In this document: piece after piece, positions 19,671-31,692 of the stretch | How positions within the stretch are numbered: the stretch's first letter is position 1 | Layout of the letters: every line of letters begins with the position of its first letter | Assembly (NCBI GenBank): GCA_963662465.1 | Contig: OY759599.1 | Span: 1,984,001-2,048,000 of the forward strand | Direction of reading: 5' to 3' | DNA: 64,000 bases | DNA from: Desulfatiglandales bacterium | GTDB lineage: Bacteria > Desulfobacterota > DSM-4660 > Desulfatiglandales > Desulfatiglandaceae | The notes under the pieces: model-generated | Seen by the model: the letters and a program-made list of their open reading frames with translations, nothing else | The model's database searches: none | Told to the model about the DNA's origin: nothing | Made by a program: the position numbers and the translations under genes

Positions 19671-22600
19671 TTAAGGCCTTATGGTTACCATTTGCAGCGT
19701 AAGCGACCCCTGGTTCACTTTTGGCGCTTTCATGAAGGTTGAGTTGGGTGTTTGAGAGGTAAACGTGGTGTTCCATCCGCCCTGAACGGTTAGTGATTTA
19801 GAGGCGTTAAGGGTAATCGACGAGGCGTAATCTCCCTGAACAACTCTAATGGTGGCGCCGGTAACCGCGGCGTTGACGGCGTCCTGGATCGAGGTATAGC
19901 AGGGGGCAAGGCTATTGCAATGACCGGCAATATCCACGTAGAATATGGTCAATGAATCCATGAAGAGCAACACGCCTTGATCGTTCACAACATGCGTGCC
20001 GCTATTTTCAGGGAGAAACGTCACACTATTTTGCCCACCCGCCAACTGACTGGAAAGGGCGTAGTGGGCTCCGGGCGTCAGATCAAACAGGACGTTCAGC
20101 GTCTGTCCGCTCCGCTGATAGCTATAGGTGATGTTTCCGGTCGGAGGGCTTCCATCATTGGCGGATGAGAAAAGGACCACGCGATTAAGGGCGGGGTCTG
20201 AGATATGAGCGCCGGCCATTCCTGTCGCGGTAATGAGAACGGTTTCAGGCATGGCGCCATTGCCGGCTTCGGCAGGGTAAAGCACTGTCAGGAAATTATG
20301 ATCCAGTGCTGTATCAGCAGGCTCCAGTTCAAGCCGCCACTCCCCGTAGGGAATATCTTCAAAGTCATTCGTCGGTCGAGGCTGGGATTCGCCTGGATCC
20401 CACACTGCCAGTCATAGTTGGCATCAAATACCCAGAAGGCCTTGATGCCGCGACCGCCCACTTTACGCACACACCTCTGGTCAGGCAAAAGAAATTTCAT
20501 GAACAGTTTTCCATTCCCCGAAACGGCCGTGGCAAGGTCTGCGCCGGTATAGAGCGTCTCTCCCGGGGAGATGCCGGCAGCCGTGCCATTGACAACGGGC
20601 TCGTTCATGGTGTGAAATAAAAGTTTCGTATTCTTCCCACTGAAGGAGGCTTGGGTAACCCCGACCCGATCAAAGATCACCAAGAAATCATTGGCGCCGG
20701 AGGATTGAGGACGCAGGTACACAAATTCCCTTTGAAACCGGGTCACCTTGGCCACATTTCCATCGAGACCCGTGTCCATCGCCTGATTGTATGTGGGGTT
20801 GTTGTAGGCATTGGTTGCATCCCCGAGGGCATAGGTAAAATAGCTGTCATCCTTGAAACGAAGCATGCGACCGGTATCGTATTGGGTGATGTGTTGCTGG
20901 AAATATTCAAGGGTGCTCGGGGAGCGGCTGGCCGGATACATGCTCCGCTGTCCGCCGTCATTGGAGGAGGCATCGGGTCGTGCAGATGAGAAATCCTCTA
21001 AGGGGTTATAGACCACCAGGGTGTTGTGGGCAATGGTGCGAACATAGTAGTTGACGTCATGATTGGAAAGTCCCTCACCGCTGTAAACGCCGCTATCCAG
21101 GGCCAGGTCGGTATATTTGAACAGGGTGAAGCTGTTCTGGTCGTAATGTTGATGGTAGGTAAAATGGTCTCCGCACTGAAAGGTAGTATAGGTAGGCGTG
21201 AGAATCGTATCGACTGCGCCGTCCGGCCAGTCAGAGCGCATGAAAAGAGTGCCGGTTGAAGGGGCATAATGGGTCAGGAGCGCAGGGGTTTTTGATCCCA
21301 AATTCGGGTTAAACCATAGAAACTCTTCATGGCACATAAAATCCATGGAGCTATTCGCCGGTGGAGCGGCCAAGTAGGCTTGGAGTTCTGCAGCCAGGGG
21401 GTCATCGGGATAGCGCCCCACAAGGATCAGGGCCATGATTCTGCCATAGTTGGCCATGCTGCCCCTGTTTCGCTCACCGTCTCCGGTTGAGAGATAGGGG
21501 CGATAGGATTCACCCCATTGGTCCGCCTGACCAGGCCAGTGGTGAAGGAGCAGATAGCCGAGGCGATCTTGAAACCATCCCGTACTTTCAAAAAGATCCT
21601 CGCCCGTGCCGGTTCGCCATGCTTCTACGGCCTTAACCCTGGGCCAGTTGGCAACCCAATCATAGACCATCCCTTCGGGCCAGGCCCCTCCCTCTGCAAT
21701 ATGCTTGAGCAACAACAGATCATTATCCCGGTAGCGCCTTTGCCTGTATTCATCCAGCCACTCCCCGGCGCGAGGATTATCCCCATGGGATGCCAGACCG
21801 ATGAGGCTATATGAGTAGCCATAACGCGGCCAGTAATTTCCCCACCCCGGAACATCTTCCCCCTTCGGAACGTCATCGCCCCAGGCATTGAAATAGGCTA
21901 CAAATTGGGCAATCTGTTGGACTGACAGGCAGTCGTGGCACCAGTCAAAGACAAGGGCGATGTCGCCTGCTTTGGTGGACCAGTCGTTGGGGTCGGCGAT
22001 TTCCGCCAGGGCGAGTGAGACCGCCTGATTACAGTAGGCGATATTGCCCGTGATCTGCCATACAAGGGCTTTGGCCTGCATTTGTCCATTCGCCTGGTCC
22101 GCTTCCGCTTTCAATTGCGCCCAACGGGGATTGGAAGGCAGGGCGCGCGCTTTTAAGGCCATCAGTTTGGCAGGCGTCAGATAGATGCGTGGGTGGCTGG
22201 ATGGTATGCTGAGAAGGCGCAGGTAAACGGTGTCCGCGGCGGTTTCCCCTAACTCATTGGTGACGGTCAGCTCAATCTCCCACTCCCCTGCCTTGTCCGG
22301 GGTAAAGTTCGTTAAAGCCGTTGTGCCAGGGAGCGCACCACTCATGCTGGAGCCATAGGCCGCCTGAACGATCCGCCACGCGTAGGTGAGCATAGCATCA
22401 TTTCCGCTCGGCCTGTCATGGCTTCCGGAGCCGTCCAGGGTCACAACGCCGCCATCCCACTGGAAGGTTTCCCGGTCAGGACCTGCGTCGGCAAAGGGAA
22501 CATCAGGATTATAAACAATCGTGAGTTTCGGTCGCAGAGTGGCATCACCAGCCTGACTGGATGCAAATTCGCGATCATCACGGTTCCCTTCCTGGTAACC

Positions 22601-23245
22601 GGTGGCGTCGCGCAATACCACGCCAAAGTTGGATTGTTCTCCTCTAATCCACGCTCGAGCCGGGGCTGCCACATCCCACGTGTACCATCCCTCGTTCACC
22701 ACGTCCGCATAACTCTCAGGATTTTCAGCGTAATCCTGGCCCGCAGCCATACCCCGCTCTCCCCAGGGCACATGGGTTCCCTCCCCTGAATAGTATTCAA
22801 AGGCATTATAACCGGTGGCGCCATGGGCCCCGATAGCATTGATCGGAGAATCCACCAGGTTCCCTTCATCCCAGTCAACGAGTACCCCATAGAGACGTAC
22901 GCGCCGGGTATAGTCCTGGCCGCCGGAACCGGAATGGGTCCGGTTGTACAGGGATAGGGCAGCGGAAACCACCTTGCTGTTGGCAGGGATACTGCTCAGT
23001 TCAAAGCGAAGGAGAGGGTTGTTTCCATCATTACGCTCCACCGAAAGGATATCGTTTTGCCCGTAATTGCGCGTATCCTGAGGGGGTGACGCCCAGTCGT
23101 TGGTGCTGATCCACGTATCCTTCACCCCCTCGTATCCTTCTGTGCCCTGCTGAAGGACCAGGGTTCGCTCTACGGCATATAAAGGCGGGAAGGCCAAAAG
23201 GCTCAAACTCAGACATACAAATGTGAACAGGATGATTTTCCTCAT
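19671..23245 (-). pseudogene. Large secreted protein (DNRLRE/CBM96-like, PKD-like and heparinase II/III-like domains) split by a frameshift
   Basis: MRKIILF signal; LQQG..GYEG..DT, FASS...RPKL, ADAGPD, H.HYDQNSF and RTIAHNT. Removing one TG from CAGTGTGGGAT (~20397-20407) fuses NYDWQ-WDPGESQP. Confidence 0.75.
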
Positions 23246-23271
23246 GGCGCACACCTCCGTTAGGGCTAGAG

Positions 23272-24081
23272 TCATTCCCTGGAAACATCTTTAATATCCA
23301 GACGTGGAGACGCCATAGTGATGCCCTCTTCGTCAAACCGGGCCTTGATCTTTGCATTCAGGCCCCAGCGGCCGGTCAGGGCATGCTTTCTAAGCACCCA
23401 GAACCTGGCTTTCATCTCCATATACCCCGGGGTGAATCTATCCACCACCACCCGGGGCGCCGGTTTTTCCAGCACAATTTCAGAGTCTTTCAGGATATCC
23501 CCCACCACGCCTTTCACCTTGTCCACATCCTCGTCGTAGGGAATGAAAAAATCGATATCCAAACGGCGGTTGGGTCTCTCACTGGAGTTTGCCACCTGAT
23601 CGTTCAACACCTTGTGGTTGGGAATATAAACCATCTTGCCGTCAAAGGTTCGAAGGCGCGTATGCATGACCGTGATGAGGTCCACCTTGCCCACGGCCCC
23701 CGAGACATAGATGATGTCCCCCTTTTTGAAAGGTAACTTGGGGATGTAGGGTTTGGCGATGACGAAAACCGCGACCCCTACCAGAACGATGACCATGATC
23801 ACCCGAAACAGAAGGGCGGCGGGAAAGCCGATAAAATTCAGAACAACCAAAGCACTTATCAGCAGCACAAGGATATGCAGCCCGGTAACCAAATAGGCGG
23901 TTCTTCGCTCCGGCATTCCGGCTTTGATCAAGAGGGAGGATACAAACTTCCCCAGATATTTCACCAGAATCAACACAATAACCAAGAGGATCATGCCCTT
24001 GAGCACCATGGGACCCAATTCTTCGCTGACTCGGCTGATCTGGTCCACATAATTGTTTAAGCCTGAAGAAACGCCATTCAT
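23272..24081 (-). CDS. mscS: Small-conductance mechanosensitive channel (MscS family)
   Basis: N-terminal TM helices, PFKKGD, TRLRTFDGKMVYIPN and RRLDIDF.IPYDED. Confidence 0.85.
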   Translation of the reverse strand: MNGVSSGLNNYVDQISRVSEELGPMVLKGMILLVIVLILVKYLGKFVSSLLIKAGMPERRTAYLVTGLHILVLLISALVVLNFIGFPAALLFRVIMVIVLVGVAVFVIAKPYIPKLPFKKGDIIYVSGAVGKVDLITVMHTRLRTFDGKMVYIPNHKVLNDQVANSSERPNRRLDIDFFIPYDEDVDKVKGVVGDILKDSEIVLEKPAPRVVVDRFTPGYMEMKARFWVLRKHALTGRWGLNAKIKARFDEEGITMASPRLDIKDVSRE

Positions 24082-24107
24082 CACAAGCCTCCTTTTCTAT
24101 GCCCTGG

Positions 24108-26354
24108 TTACAGAATCTTTTTCCGGGATAAACGCAAGCTGTTGCTCACCACCGTAATGCTGCTCATGGCCATGGCCATGGCCGCCAGGATGGGGTGCAA
24201 TTCCCGCAGAAACCCGGGCAACAAATGAAAGGGATACAGGGCGCCGGCTGCAACGGGAATGAGAATGATATTATAGATAAATGCACTGAACAGATTCTGA
24301 CGGATGGTGGCCATGGTGGCCCGGCTGATGCGGATGGCCCAGAGTACACCTTTGAGATTGCCGCTCTGTAAGATGATGTCCCCGGTTTCGATGGCCACAT
24401 CCGTTCCAGTCCCGATGGCCAGTCCCACGTCGGCTCGGGCCAGGGCCGGCGCGTCGTTGATGCCGTCCCCCACCATGCCCACCCGCGCCCCCTGGGCTTG
24501 AAATTCCCTGATTTTTCCTTCCTTTTCATCGGGCAGGACATCCGCCGCCACGATATCGATCCCGGCCTCCCCAGCGATCACTTGAGCGGCCCGGGCGTTG
24601 TCTCCCGTGAGCATGACCACCTTCAGCCCTTCCCGGTGGAGTTCTCCCACAACCGCTGCCGACTCCGGCTTCAGGGTGTCGGACAGACTGATGATTCCCG
24701 CGAACCGGTCGTTTTCCGCCACCACCATGAGGGTTTTCCCCTGGCCTTCCAAGGCTATGATCTGATTTTCCGCATCTTGCGTAAAAACCACGCCCGTTTC
24801 CCGAAGCCAGGCGGGTTTTCCCACCCGAATCAGACCCTGACCATCGATCCGGGCCGTCACCCCATGCCCGCGCAGGGCCTTGAATGCCGTCGTCTCCACC
24901 AGTTCAATCTTTCGATCAAGCGCTTCCTTCACAATGGCCCGCCCCAGGGGATGTTCCGAGCCCCTTTCAACGGAAGCCGCCATTTTCAGGAGGTCGTTTT
25001 CATCTCCCATAAACCCTTCGGCCAGGACATCCACCACCGAAGGCCTGCCCACGGTCAAGGTGCCGGTCTTGTCCAGCACCAGGATTTTAAGATGCGCCGC
25101 CATTTCCAGGGCTTCGCTGTTTTTAAACAACACGCCCTTTTCAGCCCCCTTCCCGGTCCCGGCCATAATGGCGGTAGGCGTCGCCAACCCCAGGGCGCAG
25201 GGACACGCAATGACCAGCACGGCCACCATCCGGATCATGGCAGGCACAAATTGGCCGCCGACAGTCCACCAGAGAATAAAAGTCAGCAGCGCAATGCCAA
25301 TAACGCCCGGCACGAAAAAAGCGGCCACGCGATCGGCGACGGCCTGAATGGGGGCCTTGCTCCCCTGGGCTTCCTGCACCAGCCGGATAATCTGGGCCAG
25401 GGCCGTGTCTTTCCCCACCTTTGCGGCCTCGAACTTGATAAGACCCTCGCCGTTCACCGCGCCTGCGATCACCTTATCTTCAGGCCCCTTGTCCACCGGA
25501 ATGGGCTCACCGGTGAGCATGGATTCATCCACGCTGGATTCCCCTTCCACCACCACCCCGTCCACGGGAATGCGTTCTCCGGGCCTCACCAGTACCAGAT
25601 CCCCCACCTTGACGGCGGCCAGGGGAATCACCTGCTCTTTCCCGTCCACCAGAACAGCGGCCGTTTTGGGCCGCAAGCCCATAAGCTTCCGGATCGCGCC
25701 CCCGGTGCGGCCCTTGGTTCTGGACTCCAGCATTTTTCCCAGCTTGATGAGGGTAATGATCACGGCGGCGGTTTCAAAATAGACATGTTGGCCCAGCACC
25801 GGATAAACCAGCAGGGCCAGGGAATAAAAATAAGCCACGGAAGACCCCATGGCCACCAGCACATCCATGTTGGCGCTGCCGTTTTTGAGGCTTTTGAAGC
25901 CGCCCACATAATAATCCCATCCCGTGTAAAACTGGACGGGGGTGGCCAGGGCCAGAAAAAGCCGGTTGACCCATACCTCATGACTCCAGGCTCCCAGAAA
26001 ACTGAAATCCCTGCCCATACTGAGAAGAAAAAGGGGCGCCGCAAAAACAACCCCCACCAGAAATTTTTGGGTCTGGTCTTTGATTTCAGCGTTCCGGGCC
26101 AATAGTTCTGCGTCTTCACCGCCGGCATCATCCTGCCTCACCGCACCAAACCCGGCCGCTTCAATGGCCGCGATCATCTCCTCGGGGCCGGTCACGGACG
26201 GGAGATAGGACACGACGACCCGTTCCGCCGCGAAATTCACCGCGGCATTCAACACGCCCGGAACCTTTTTCTTCAAGGTCCTTTCGATGGTCATGGCGCA
26301 GTTGACGCAACTCATACCGGTGACCGGGAACGTAACCTGGGTTTGATCCGCCAT
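24108..26354 (-). CDS. copA: Cu(I)-translocating P1B-1 ATPase
   Basis: [29 protein letters not shown] and MxxSS. Confidence 0.95.
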   Translation of the reverse strand: MADQTQVTFPVTGMSCVNCAMTIERTLKKKVPGVLNAAVNFAAERVVVSYLPSVTGPEEMIAAIEAAGFGAVRQDDAGGEDAELLARNAEIKDQTQKFLVGVVFAAPLFLLSMGRDFSFLGAWSHEVWVNRLFLALATPVQFYTGWDYYVGGFKSLKNGSANMDVLVAMGSSVAYFYSLALLVYPVLGQHVYFETAAVIITLIKLGKMLESRTKGRTGGAIRKLMGLRPKTAAVLVDGKEQVIPLAAVKVGDLVLVRPGERIPVDGVVVEGESSVDESMLTGEPIPVDKGPEDKVIAGAVNGEGLIKFEAAKVGKDTALAQIIRLVQEAQGSKAPIQAVADRVAAFFVPGVIGIALLTFILWWTVGGQFVPAMIRMVAVLVIACPCALGLATPTAIMAGTGKGAEKGVLFKNSEALEMAAHLKILVLDKTGTLTVGRPSVVDVLAEGFMGDENDLLKMAASVERGSEHPLGRAIVKEALDRKIELVETTAFKALRGHGVTARIDGQGLIRVGKPAWLRETGVVFTQDAENQIIALEGQGKTLMVVAENDRFAGIISLSDTLKPESAAVVGELHREGLKVVMLTGDNARAAQVIAGEAGIDIVAADVLPDEKEGKIREFQAQGARVGMVGDGINDAPALARADVGLAIGTGTDVAIETGDIILQSGNLKGVLWAIRISRATMATIRQNLFSAFIYNIILIPVAAGALYPFHLLPGFLRELHPILAAMAMAMSSITVVSNSLRLSRKKIL

Positions 26355-26361
26355 GGCGTCC

Positions 26362-26568
26362 TTAGTCCGCCGCCGGGTAGTTGATCTCTTTCAGCACTGA
26401 TTTGAGCTTTTCCTCCGTGGCCGGGGCTTCCCAGGACACTGAAATCTCCTTTTTACCGGGGTCTCCCTCAACGAAGGATACCCCCGCCAACTCATTCAGT
26501 TCATTTTGAATGGCCTTGACGCAATGACCGCAATTGATGTTGGGAATTGAAAATCGGGTTGTTTCCAT
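26362..26568 (-). CDS. copZ: Copper chaperone (HMA domain)
   Basis: INCGHC; 68 aa from METTRF; AGGAGG RBS; directly upstream of copA. Confidence 0.9.
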   Translation of the reverse strand: METTRFSIPNINCGHCVKAIQNELNELAGVSFVEGDPGKKEISVSWEAPATEEKLKSVLKEINYPAAD

Positions 26569-26688
26569 TTGGCAACGCCTCCTTGTTTGAGTTAACATGG
26601 TGATTCTATTCCTTAGATTCACAATCGTAAAAATGGTTACAAGATGGCTGTTTTTCGTCCATACCGCCCCGGAAAAATGACTGAACAT

Positions 26689-28314
26689 TTACAGAACACG
26701 ATACACGGTAATCGGCTTGCTGTACCCCTTCACCCGACACGGCGACTGTCGTTCCATTTTGACGGAAGTCGTCAGCTGTTTTACGGTCTCCTCGCTCACC
26801 AGAATGTCGCACTTGATATCCCGGGTCAATCCCTGAATCCGCGCCGCCACATTGACCGTGCTGCCGATCAGACTGTAGGCGGATTGTTCTTCGCTCCCGG
26901 AGTTTCCCGCCAGAATGTTCCCGGAGTGAATGCCGATCCCATGGGCAAACATCTCTTTTCCCTGGGCGGACCGTTCCCGATTGAGCGCTTCCAAAGCCTT
27001 CCGCATCGCAAGAGCCGCCGCCACCGCCGCATCCCCATGACCTTCAAAATAGACAGGCACGCCGAAAACCGCCTCGATTTCATCGCCCGCAAACTGAATA
27101 ACGAGTCCTCTGTGAAGTCGAATGGCCTGTTGCATCCGCGTAAAATAGGTCCGCATGGACCGCATGGCCTCTTCCGGAGGATTGTTTTCCACAAAAGGGG
27201 TGAAGTTTTCCAGGTCTGCGAACATCACCGTACCTTCACGCCGCTCCCCGTCCAGAGGGATGCGACCCGAGAGAATTTCATCCCGAATCTCGGGCGTCAC
27301 ATATCGCCCGAAAGCGGATCGAAGTTTTTCACGTTCCCCCAGACCTCTGATCATGGCATTGCCCGAATCCCCCAGGACGCCGATTTCGTCATTGCCCACC
27401 ACCTTGATGCGAGCGCCATAATCCCCATTTTGAATCCGGGTGTTCACAGCCAGCATGTTTTCAAGGGGTTCGACAATGGACCGAATCACCAGCCGGTTCA
27501 GGACCCCGGCGATCGCCAGAAAAATACCGGAAAGAACCACCGTAAACAGAATAATCCTGAAACCGTACTCTTTGGCGGACATGGCGTCCGGCGCCATCTC
27601 CCACTGCACGGTCACCAGCGTCACCAGCAGGATCGCTAGGGGAAGCACCGTTCCCATGCGATAGAAAAATCGAATGCGCCGTCCGATGACAAGCCGGGCC
27701 GCGCCGTACAGCCCCGCCAGATTCCCCTCGGGGAAAAACAGGGGAATCAACCCCTTCCGGCAATAGTCTTCGATCATATAAAAGGCCACGGATGACGTGA
27801 TAAATCCTACCATGCTGGCCCGGATGGAAAAAACCACGGCAGTGCGCAACTCCATCCAGTGCGTCAGGTAGGCCAGAAGGAAAATCAAGGCCGGCAGCAG
27901 CAGCCAAAGGCCCACATGAATGGCGACGAAGATAAACGGCAGGTTGATGATCCGACGTCTGGCTTGTTCAATTTTGACAGGTTCCGCCTCCCGGCCTCTC
28001 TTCATGTACTCCAGACAATATGAAACCGGTCCCAGGAGTTTATGCATGATCAACAGCGAAAGCGCGCCAATGGCCACGATCAGCAACAGTAATACCGAAA
28101 ACAGCCTGGCGACCGCCAGCCAATAGGAAAATCCTATCTCCGCTTTCAGGTCAGCGAATCGCTCAAGCATAAAATCCGTGGGCGTAGCCAGGTTGAGTGC
28201 GAACACAATGGCCACGCCGATGGCCATGGCCTTGACGCTGATGACGTAAAGACCGGTCAGGAAGAGGCCGTCGGCGGATATTTCAGTTTCTCCAGTTTGT
28301 TTGCCGTTTTTCAT
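26689..28314 (-). CDS. Membrane-bound class III adenylate/guanylate cyclase with HAMP domain
   Basis: TM region, NDEIGVL, FGRYV, VMFADL..FT, QFAGD, GIGIHSG and IGSTVNVAARI. Confidence 0.9.
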   Translation of the reverse strand: MKNGKQTGETEISADGLFLTGLYVISVKAMAIGVAIVFALNLATPTDFMLERFADLKAEIGFSYWLAVARLFSVLLLLIVAIGALSLLIMHKLLGPVSYCLEYMKRGREAEPVKIEQARRRIINLPFIFVAIHVGLWLLLPALIFLLAYLTHWMELRTAVVFSIRASMVGFITSSVAFYMIEDYCRKGLIPLFFPEGNLAGLYGAARLVIGRRIRFFYRMGTVLPLAILLVTLVTVQWEMAPDAMSAKEYGFRIILFTVVLSGIFLAIAGVLNRLVIRSIVEPLENMLAVNTRIQNGDYGARIKVVGNDEIGVLGDSGNAMIRGLGEREKLRSAFGRYVTPEIRDEILSGRIPLDGERREGTVMFADLENFTPFVENNPPEEAMRSMRTYFTRMQQAIRLHRGLVIQFAGDEIEAVFGVPVYFEGHGDAAVAAALAMRKALEALNRERSAQGKEMFAHGIGIHSGNILAGNSGSEEQSAYSLIGSTVNVAARIQGLTRDIKCDILVSEETVKQLTTSVKMERQSPCRVKGYSKPITVYRVL

Positions 28315-28519
28315 ATTCCCCCATTGTCTGAGCATAACCGCATTTTGGCTATTATGCCATTATCCAATGGGGAAGCAAACGGAAAAAGGTTTGCATGCGC
28401 TGATTTGGATGGGAAGAACAACAATCGCCAAGGGTATCTTCATTTTTTGCCATTGAATTTTTTATGAACAGGCAGTATCTTAAAGAATATTATTTTGAAG
28501 AAAGTGAATACACAAAAAA

Positions 28520-30529
28520 ATGTTAAACGAAAAAAATACCCATAAGTCCAATCCTCTTCCAAGCCCCCTTGAGGAAAGAATTCAGCAATTGAAGCAAGGC
28601 GAGCATCTTTTCGGCGCCCTTGCGGAAAAATTGGGGGACATTTTGTGGTATATGGACCTGGATTTGCGGACTCGCTACATAAGTCCCACCATTTACGGCA
28701 CGCTGGGCTTTACGCCGGCGGAGTGGATGGCCCGACCACTGCAAACGCATATGACCCCGGCATCCTTCAACCACGCATTGGAAATCTTTCAAACGGAGCT
28801 GGAACGGGAGCAAACGGCGGCGACGGACCCAGACAGGGCCGTTCAACTGGAGACGGAATATCTTCACCGAAACGGGAGTACCCTCTGGTTTCAAAATACG
28901 GTGGTGGGGATAAGGGACAAAACGGGGCATATGGTGGGTCTTCACGGCATTTCCCGAGAGATCACCAAACAGAAGCACGCCGAGGAAGAATCCGCCCGGA
29001 AATCCATGGAAAGACGACTCCTGCTGGATACCATTCCCATCCAAATCTGGTACTTGACCGACCCTGTGACCTACGGCGCCGTCAACAAAGCCCATGCGGA
29101 TTTCCTGGGCGTCAACCCGAAGGATCTGGCCTATGGTCGGATTGAGAATTTCCGACCTCCGGAAATAGTTCAGATGTGCAAAGCGGGCAACAGGGAAGTA
29201 TTCCAAACGGGGAAACCCATTCATACCAAAGAGTGGATGAAAGATTCCCGGGGAGAGGCGCGGCTCATCGCCGTCGCCAAGACCCCCAGGCTGAATGAAA
29301 CAGGAGAAGTGCAGTACGTGGTGTGCGCCGGCACGGATATCACGGAGGAAACCAGACGTCATGAAATAGCGCTGCGGCTCAATCAGCTTGAAAAAACCGA
29401 CAGCCTGGGTCGCATGGCCGGGGCCATTGCCCACCATTTCAACAACCAGCTCAGCGTAGTATTGGGCAACCTAGAACTGGCCATGGATCAGATGCCGTCT
29501 GATGCGATTTCCCGGGATAATATGGTTGAGGCCCAACGGGCCGCCAGGCGGGGAGCGGACCTGAGCAGCCGGATGCTCACCTACCTGGGCCAGACCCCCG
29601 CCAGGCAGGAACCCCTGGAACTTTGCGAAACCTGTCGTCGCATTCTGCCCATGCTTCAGGTAGCCTTACCACTTCATGTACAACTGGAAACCGATTTTCC
29701 CTCTCCTGGACCGGTCATCCAAGGCAATGCCAACCAGGTCCAGCAGGTTCTAACGAATCTCCTCACCAATGCCTGGGAAGCGATGGGCGAAACCCCCGGC
29801 ACGATCTTTTTGACCATCAAAATTATGCCGGCCAGGGACCTTCCAGCAACACACTTCCCCATCGACTGGAAACCGGCCCTTTCCGCCTACGCCTGTCTGG
29901 AAGTCAGGGATACCGGCTGCGGAATGGCCATTGATACCATTGACCGGGTTTTTGACCCGTTTTATACGGACAAATTCACCGGCAGGGGATTGGGGTTGCC
30001 CGTGGTTCTGGGATTGGTCAAGGCCTCTAACGGCGCCATCAGCGTGGAAAGCGCACCCAATGAAGGGAGCATTTTCCGGGTGTTCTGGCCCTTATCCATG
30101 GAAAAATCCATTCGTCCATCCGAAACCCTGAGGGACATCCAGGAGATTGAAGGGGGTGGAACGGTACTCCTGGTAGACGACGAGGCCATGTTGCGGAAGA
30201 TGGGTCGTCTCATGCTGGAGCACCTGGGTTTTACGGCACTGACGGCGCCCACCGGCGAGGAAGCCCTGGATGTTTTCCGAGAACATCCTCACGACATTCG
30301 ATGCGTCATCACCGATCTGAGCATGCCTGGCCTGAATGGCTGGGAAACCCTGGCGGCCCTCCGGAAGATAGCACCGGATTTGCCCGTGATTCTCGCCAGC
30401 GGCTACGACGAAGCCACCGTCATGGGAGAAGACCATGCTGAACGTCCCCAGGCTTTTCTGAGCAAACCCTATTCCCTGAAAGACCTGAAAGCAGCCCTGG
30501 GACGGACCCTCCTGAAAACAATATCCTGA
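28520..30529 (+). CDS. PAS-PAS hybrid sensor histidine kinase/receiver
   Basis: AGAIAHHFNNQL H-box, NLLTNA, DTGCGM, FDPFYTDK, GRGLGL and REC domain VDDE...TDLSMP. Confidence 0.92.
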   Translation: MLNEKNTHKSNPLPSPLEERIQQLKQGEHLFGALAEKLGDILWYMDLDLRTRYISPTIYGTLGFTPAEWMARPLQTHMTPASFNHALEIFQTELEREQTAATDPDRAVQLETEYLHRNGSTLWFQNTVVGIRDKTGHMVGLHGISREITKQKHAEEESARKSMERRLLLDTIPIQIWYLTDPVTYGAVNKAHADFLGVNPKDLAYGRIENFRPPEIVQMCKAGNREVFQTGKPIHTKEWMKDSRGEARLIAVAKTPRLNETGEVQYVVCAGTDITEETRRHEIALRLNQLEKTDSLGRMAGAIAHHFNNQLSVVLGNLELAMDQMPSDAISRDNMVEAQRAARRGADLSSRMLTYLGQTPARQEPLELCETCRRILPMLQVALPLHVQLETDFPSPGPVIQGNANQVQQVLTNLLTNAWEAMGETPGTIFLTIKIMPARDLPATHFPIDWKPALSAYACLEVRDTGCGMAIDTIDRVFDPFYTDKFTGRGLGLPVVLGLVKASNGAISVESAPNEGSIFRVFWPLSMEKSIRPSETLRDIQEIEGGGTVLLVDDEAMLRKMGRLMLEHLGFTALTAPTGEEALDVFREHPHDIRCVITDLSMPGLNGWETLAALRKIAPDLPVILASGYDEATVMGEDHAERPQAFLSKPYSLKDLKAALGRTLLKTIS

Positions 30530-30612
30530 GGGGTCACAACCATGATGCCATCCGGTATCCAACTTGATCTGAAAATCATTTTAATGGTTCCAAAACATGA
30601 GGAGAAACCGCC

Positions 30613-31605
30613 TTGCCGGCAATGATTCGCACCCATAGGGTTATAGCGTTAACCGCCATGATCGTCCTCTCGGCGATCTTTTTTCAGGCCCGGGGGATCC
30701 CCGAAACCCTCGCCATTGAACGGGATAAGGACCTCTCCTGCTGGCAGGGCACAGTCCGAAATACATTGTTGGATTATATTGATGATGTTTCAACGCCCGG
30801 ATCAAAAAAATTCATCCCCGCAAAAGACCGTATTGCCGTCTTTGATATGGACGGCACGCTCATGAGCGAAAGGCCCTTGGCTTTTGTCTTTGAAGCGACC
30901 CTGTGCTACCTGGCGCGACACAAAGCGGCATTATCCGCAAAAGGCCCCCGGTTTGAAGCCCTCTGTGAAGCCGCCGAAAAGCTGGATATCAAGTATCTGC
31001 GCAAAAACCTGGACCAAACCTTCGTTCTTCCGTTTGAAGGAAAAACCTTTGCCTTTTACAAAAGCTGGTGCCTGAACCTGTTTGAAACGGAAACTAATCC
31101 CCTCAAAAACCGACCGCAAAAAGATTTGATATACAAACCCATGATAGAACTCATCGATCTGCTCCACAAGCACGGTTTTCAGGTCTATGTGGTGTCGGGT
31201 TCCATGCAATTTGCCATCATGGCCATTTCTGAAAAATACCTGCATGTGGATGAAAGCCGGTGCATCGGAAGCATGGCGCAGGCCACGGCAAAAAAAGACG
31301 GGGATCGGATCGTTTTTCTTCGCGGGAAAATTCAACCACCCCCCAATGTCAGAAGTGGAAAGGCCGTCCGCATCATGATGAGAACCGGACAAGCGCCGGT
31401 ACTCGCCTTCGGCAACTCACCCGGGGATACCTGGATGCTGAACTTTACCGCTTCATCCCCCTACCACCACATGGCCTTTGTGCTGGACCACGATGATCCT
31501 CGGGAATTCGTCTACCGAAAACCCGAATTTCTGAAAACGGCACGCGATGAAAACTGGGTTATCATCAGCATGAAGGAAAACTTCAAGACCGTTTACGGCG
31601 AGTAA
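30613..31605 (+). CDS. Exported HAD-family hydrolase (phosphatase-like)
   Basis: Signal-like N-terminus, RIAVFDMDGTL, VVSG and AFGNSPGD. Confidence 0.85.
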   Translation: MPAMIRTHRVIALTAMIVLSAIFFQARGIPETLAIERDKDLSCWQGTVRNTLLDYIDDVSTPGSKKFIPAKDRIAVFDMDGTLMSERPLAFVFEATLCYLARHKAALSAKGPRFEALCEAAEKLDIKYLRKNLDQTFVLPFEGKTFAFYKSWCLNLFETETNPLKNRPQKDLIYKPMIELIDLLHKHGFQVYVVSGSMQFAIMAISEKYLHVDESRCIGSMAQATAKKDGDRIVFLRGKIQPPPNVRSGKAVRIMMRTGQAPVLAFGNSPGDTWMLNFTASSPYHHMAFVLDHDDPREFVYRKPEFLKTARDENWVIISMKENFKTVYGE

Positions 31606-31692
31606 GGACAAAAGAAAAGAAGAGGCAAAAACAAGAAAATCGAGTCTCTTAAAACAGCCGCCGAAATATTCCTATGGGGGACCAAAACGTCA

